Source: Candidatus Omnitrophota bacterium (GTDB lineage Bacteria; Omnitrophota; Gorgyraeia; Gygaellales; Profunditerraquicolaceae). From it: DNA of 64,000 nt. Shown here piece by piece: positions 60,719 to 64,000 of this stretch; position 1 is the stretch's first letter; every line of letters starts with the position of its first letter. A program made the position numbers and the translations under genes. The notes beneath the pieces were generated by a model that saw only the letters and a list, made by a program, of their open reading frames with translations, had not been told where the DNA came from and did no database searches. The stretch spans positions 485,925 to 549,924 of the forward strand of contig JAQUQW010000001.1 of NCBI GenBank assembly GCA_028716245.1, read 5' to 3'.

Positions 60719-61996
60719 TCAGTAAATTTTTATTAGTCTTTTAATCAGGGCTAATTCCTGGCGACGGGTTTTTACCTGGCCGTTAAGTTTAGCCGCTAAT
60801 ACCTGCGCAAAGATCTTTTGATACCTTGGGCCGGGTAAAATGCCCAAGCCATGCAGATCACGGCCAGAGACATAAAGCCGCATCCCATTATAAATCTCAA
60901 GAAAATCCGTAATATATTCCTTAAGATATTTGTTTTGGCATCCCGCTGCCCGCAGCAAAACAATCTCTTCGTAACTTAATGGCTCAAGCAAAGAAAAAAT
61001 ATGGGCTGGCCGGATTCCTTTCTTGCTCAAAGAAGGAACAAGTTTATGGGTATCCCGGCAATAACTAATGATCCGCTTTTCTTCGCCTTTGCGTAATCCC
61101 AGCTTGCAAGTGACCAACTTGAGCTGAGCCAAACTAAGGGGTTTTAAAAGTGCCGTAAAATAAACCAACCAAGTGTCAAGCTGTCTGCGCGCGGAATAGT
61201 TTTTCATAAACCAACAGATCTCTTTATCTATCGCTTTAAACAAATCCTGCGTGGATTTTCCAAACTTCAATTTATCGCTGAGAAAAGATAAACCGCCTAA
61301 ATCGCCCAGCCTCTTGATCTGCTTTAGCGGATCCCTTTCTTTAAGCATTAAGATCAAGTCATCGCGCGTCCTGTGCGCGTGGGCCTTACTTAACAGGCCG
61401 GCCCCGATTGCCTCCTTAAGCAACGCCAAGGTCTTAGGTTCAATCTTAAAATCAAAGCGCTGCTCAAAACGGATCGCCCTTAATATGCGCGTCGGATCAT
61501 CTTTAAAACTTAAATCATGCAAAATACGTATCCTTCCGGATTTTAAATCCTCTTTTCCTCCAAAAGGATCAATCAATTTTTGTTCATTATCCTGCGCAAT
61601 GCTTACCGCCATGGCATTAATGGTAAAATCCCGGCGCATAAGATCTTCTTTTAAAGATCCTGAACTTACCACCGGAAGGCAGGCGCAAGAGGGGTATTTT
61701 TCTTTACGCGTAGTAGCAATGTCAACTTTCAGGCAATTATCCAAGGTTAACGTAGCGGTCCCAAACCGCTCATGGATCCTTATCCCTGATTTTAATTTTT
61801 TAGCCAGCTTCTGGGCAAAAATGATGCCGCTGCCTTCGACAGTAATATCTATGTCAAAATTGGCCACCCCCAAAATTAAATCCCGTAAAAACCCGCCAAC
61901 CAGATAAGCCGGCATTGCGGTTTCTTGGGAAACCTCCGCGGCAAGATCAATAATCTTTTTTAATTCTGGCGGTAATTTTTCTAAATAACTTTTCAT
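60719..61996 (-). CDS. CCA tRNA nucleotidyltransferase / poly(A) polymerase-family enzyme
   Basis: Class II nucleotidyltransferase head GGFLRDLILG...DIDI. 425 aa. Confidence 0.7.
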   Translation of the reverse strand: MKSYLEKLPPELKKIIDLAAEVSQETAMPAYLVGGFLRDLILGVANFDIDITVEGSGIIFAQKLAKKLKSGIRIHERFGTATLTLDNCLKVDIATTRKEKYPSCACLPVVSSGSLKEDLMRRDFTINAMAVSIAQDNEQKLIDPFGGKEDLKSGRIRILHDLSFKDDPTRILRAIRFEQRFDFKIEPKTLALLKEAIGAGLLSKAHAHRTRDDLILMLKERDPLKQIKRLGDLGGLSFLSDKLKFGKSTQDLFKAIDKEICWFMKNYSARRQLDTWLVYFTALLKPLSLAQLKLVTCKLGLRKGEEKRIISYCRDTHKLVPSLSKKGIRPAHIFSLLEPLSYEEIVLLRAAGCQNKYLKEYITDFLEIYNGMRLYVSGRDLHGLGILPGPRYQKIFAQVLAAKLNGQVKTRRQELALIKRLIKIY

Positions 61997-61999
61997 CTT

Positions 62000-62887
62000 T
62001 TATGGCCGCGGATGAAACTGCTTGTGAATAGTTTTGAGCCGCTCTTTATCAATGTGCGTGTAGATTTGTGTCGTGGAAATATTTGAATGCCCCAGCATCT
62101 CCTGCACCGAACGCAGGTCAGCGCCCCGCTCCAATAAATGCGTGGCAAAGGAATGCCTTAAGGTGTGCACTTTTATCGGTTTTTTAATTTTGGCCTCTTT
62201 GGCATAGCGCTTAATTAATTTCCAGACAGATTGCCGGGATAACCTGGCCCCGGAACGGTTAATAAAAAGGTACTCTGAATTTTTTTTCTTTAAAAAATAC
62301 GGCCGGCTAAACTCTAAATACCGGTTAATGCTCTGGATGGCTTTCTTGCCCAGAGGAATGATCCTCTCCTTATTTCCTTTTCCGATACAACGCAAGAACC
62401 CGATATCTAAATTCACATTATTAGTCTTAAGATCCGTGGATTCGGATACCCGCATCCCGGTGGCGTAAAGAGTCTCTAAGATCGCCCTGTCCCTTGCCCC
62501 TTGGTGATCACGCACTTGCGGCTGGCTGATCAATGCTTCCACTTCATTTAAAGAAAGCGTGTCCGGGACCTTCTTCCATAATTTTGGCGAATCAATTAAG
62601 ACAGTCGGGTCGCTTTTGAGGACCCTTTCCCTGCTTAAGAAACGATGGAACATCCGGATTGCCGCCAGCCGGCGGGAAATGCTGGTTGGCGATACCCCGT
62701 TATCTTTTTCAAAAAGCATGAATTCAACAATATCGTTTTTAGTTATTTTGGAAAGCGCCTCCATCCCGCGCTTAATCATAAAATCCAGATACATATTTAA
62801 ATCCTGGCGGTAAGCCAAGATTGTATTTTTTGCCAAAGCCCGCTCAACCGAAAGGTAATCCAGAAATGAATCAATGAGTTCTTTCAT
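62000..62887 (-). CDS. Tyrosine site-specific recombinase XerC/XerD
   Basis: N-terminal SAM-like core-binding domain and catalytic R..HxxR...Y (HTLRHSFATHLL, GHSNISTTQIYTH). Confidence 0.85.
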   Translation of the reverse strand: MKELIDSFLDYLSVERALAKNTILAYRQDLNMYLDFMIKRGMEALSKITKNDIVEFMLFEKDNGVSPTSISRRLAAIRMFHRFLSRERVLKSDPTVLIDSPKLWKKVPDTLSLNEVEALISQPQVRDHQGARDRAILETLYATGMRVSESTDLKTNNVNLDIGFLRCIGKGNKERIIPLGKKAIQSINRYLEFSRPYFLKKKNSEYLFINRSGARLSRQSVWKLIKRYAKEAKIKKPIKVHTLRHSFATHLLERGADLRSVQEMLGHSNISTTQIYTHIDKERLKTIHKQFHPRP

Positions 62888-63507
62888 CAGTCCTTAAATA
62901 GATTATTATCCTTTTCCCTGCCGATGGAAGTTGCCGGGCCATGGCCGGGATAGACTATGGTTTGAGAAGGTAAAACAAATAATCTTTCTTTTATTGCCTT
63001 TTCTAACTGGCTGCGGCTGCCACCGGCTAAATCATAACGGCCAATACCATGGTTAAACAGCGTATCGCCGGTAAAGATAATATCCGGCTGCGGTTTTCTC
63101 AATAAAAGGCCGATGCCTCCCGGAGTATGCCCAGGCAGATGTATTACCTCTAATTCCAGGCAATCTAATTTGATAACCTGCTTATCTTCCAAAGTTTTAA
63201 TTTCAGATTTGACCCTATAAGCCGATGAGAAACTGGAAGAAAAATTCTTGTCTGCGTCCTGAAGCAGCGGCAAATCCAGCTTATGCGCGTAAACAGTCAC
63301 GCCAAACTCATCGTCACAACCAATATGGTCGTAATGGCCATGAGTATTAATCACCATCGCAACCTTAAGCTTATGTTTTTTTAAGGCTGAATTTATCTTG
63401 GGTGCCTGATCACCGGGATCGATGATTATAGCTTCCCCGGCTGGAGCGCAAGCAAGCACATAACAATTGACCTGCATTGGCCCGACGTTAACGGTTTCCA
63501 GGATCAC
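62887..63507 (-). CDS. MBL-fold metallo-hydrolase (glyoxalase II-like)
   Basis: THGHYDH (HxHxDH) metal-binding motif. 206 aa. Confidence 0.75.
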   Translation of the reverse strand: MILETVNVGPMQVNCYVLACAPAGEAIIIDPGDQAPKINSALKKHKLKVAMVINTHGHYDHIGCDDEFGVTVYAHKLDLPLLQDADKNFSSSFSSAYRVKSEIKTLEDKQVIKLDCLELEVIHLPGHTPGGIGLLLRKPQPDIIFTGDTLFNHGIGRYDLAGGSRSQLEKAIKERLFVLPSQTIVYPGHGPATSIGREKDNNLFKD

Positions 63508-63998
63508 TTTAAATAATTCCTGATTTTTGGATAAATAAAATCCCGCTGGATATTGACCTTAATCTGCTCGGCAGCCTGGCAATTGCGCGCGTCATTTGCG
63601 CCATAAATATCGCTATTCATCGAAGCTATAAGATCATTTAATCTGGCGATAGAGGGATCAAAATTCTTCTGGGCCTGCGGGACCAGCTGCGTTTTCATGT
63701 TGACTAAGTTCTTCAGCGCTTCGCCAGCGCAATCTATCTTCTTTTTAAGGCTTGCCTTCTGGGTAAGGGCGTTAATCAACTCATCCTGCCAGGCCTTCCA
63801 ATAAAGAAAATACTGCCGGTAGAGCTCTTCTTTGGTCATGTTTGGCCCCTTATACTCCTCAGGGGCAAGGACCATCTGCACAGCCTGATCCGCTTTCTTG
63901 GATTTACGGGTAAATTTACGCGCGAATGATTCGCATCCGGCTAAACTTAGCAGCAAAAAACCGGATAATAAAACACAGGTCACTTTCTTTATTCTCAT
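63504..63998 (-). CDS. Hypothetical lipoprotein
   Basis: Lipobox LLLSLAGC at the N-terminus. Remainder helical with no recognised domain. Confidence 0.4.
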   Translation of the reverse strand: MRIKKVTCVLLSGFLLLSLAGCESFARKFTRKSKKADQAVQMVLAPEEYKGPNMTKEELYRQYFLYWKAWQDELINALTQKASLKKKIDCAGEALKNLVNMKTQLVPQAQKNFDPSIARLNDLIASMNSDIYGANDARNCQAAEQIKVNIQRDFIYPKIRNYLK

Positions 63999-64000
63999 TT

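Overview
This is a 64 kb bacterial chromosomal window, AT-rich (roughly 40% GC by eye). Every gene I can support lies on the minus strand. From low to high coordinates it contains:
- an ExeA-like AAA ATPase and a small MerR-type regulator (307-1495);
- a three-gene two-component operon: PAS histidine kinase, single-domain receiver, and a degenerate kinase-like protein (1700-4200);
- several small secreted, lipoprotein and hypothetical genes, including RlpA-like, ACT, Smr and DUF2905 proteins (4315-7704);
- an AT-rich stretch with a membrane protein and a GIY-YIG nuclease gene (7896-9016), followed by about 600 bp of structured non-coding DNA and a tRNA-like element (9125-9703);
- a complete rRNA operon, 16S, tRNA-Ile(GAT), tRNA-Ala(TGC), 23S, 5S (9981-15993). 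The 23S gene is interrupted by a roughly 730-nt group I intron that encodes a single-motif LAGLIDADG homing endonuclease, inserted after GAGACAGU (the I-CreI-type site, E. coli numbering about 2593);
- a tightly packed six-gene operon that couples cyclic-di-GMP signalling to a type IV pilus / type II secretion-like motor (16383-24003): a degenerate GGDEF protein, a standalone MshEN-like domain protein, two PilB/GspE ATPase paralogs, an HD-GYP protein with a pseudo-receiver, and PilC/GspF;
- a TIGR03960-like radical SAM gene;
- the elongasome genes mreB, mreC, mreD, mrdA and rodA, then aroA;
- the conserved run rluD, lgt, lspA, dksA/traR, ileS, followed by mtnP, proC and yggS;
- a nearly complete dcw cluster, mraZ through ftsA. 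A secreted HExxH metallopeptidase-like gene is inserted between murG and murC. ftsZ is not downstream of ftsA; a roughly 480 bp GC-rich, apparently non-coding island sits there instead;
- ribF, a DHH (NrnA-like) phosphoesterase, rbfA, a CCA-adding enzyme, xerC/D, an MBL hydrolase and a lipoprotein (58382-63998).

A strong sigma70-like promoter, followed by three GTGG repeats at exact 10-bp spacing (a candidate MraZ operator), lies upstream of mraZ. All coordinates for RNA features and regulatory sites were read by eye from the sequence and are approximate to a few nucleotides.
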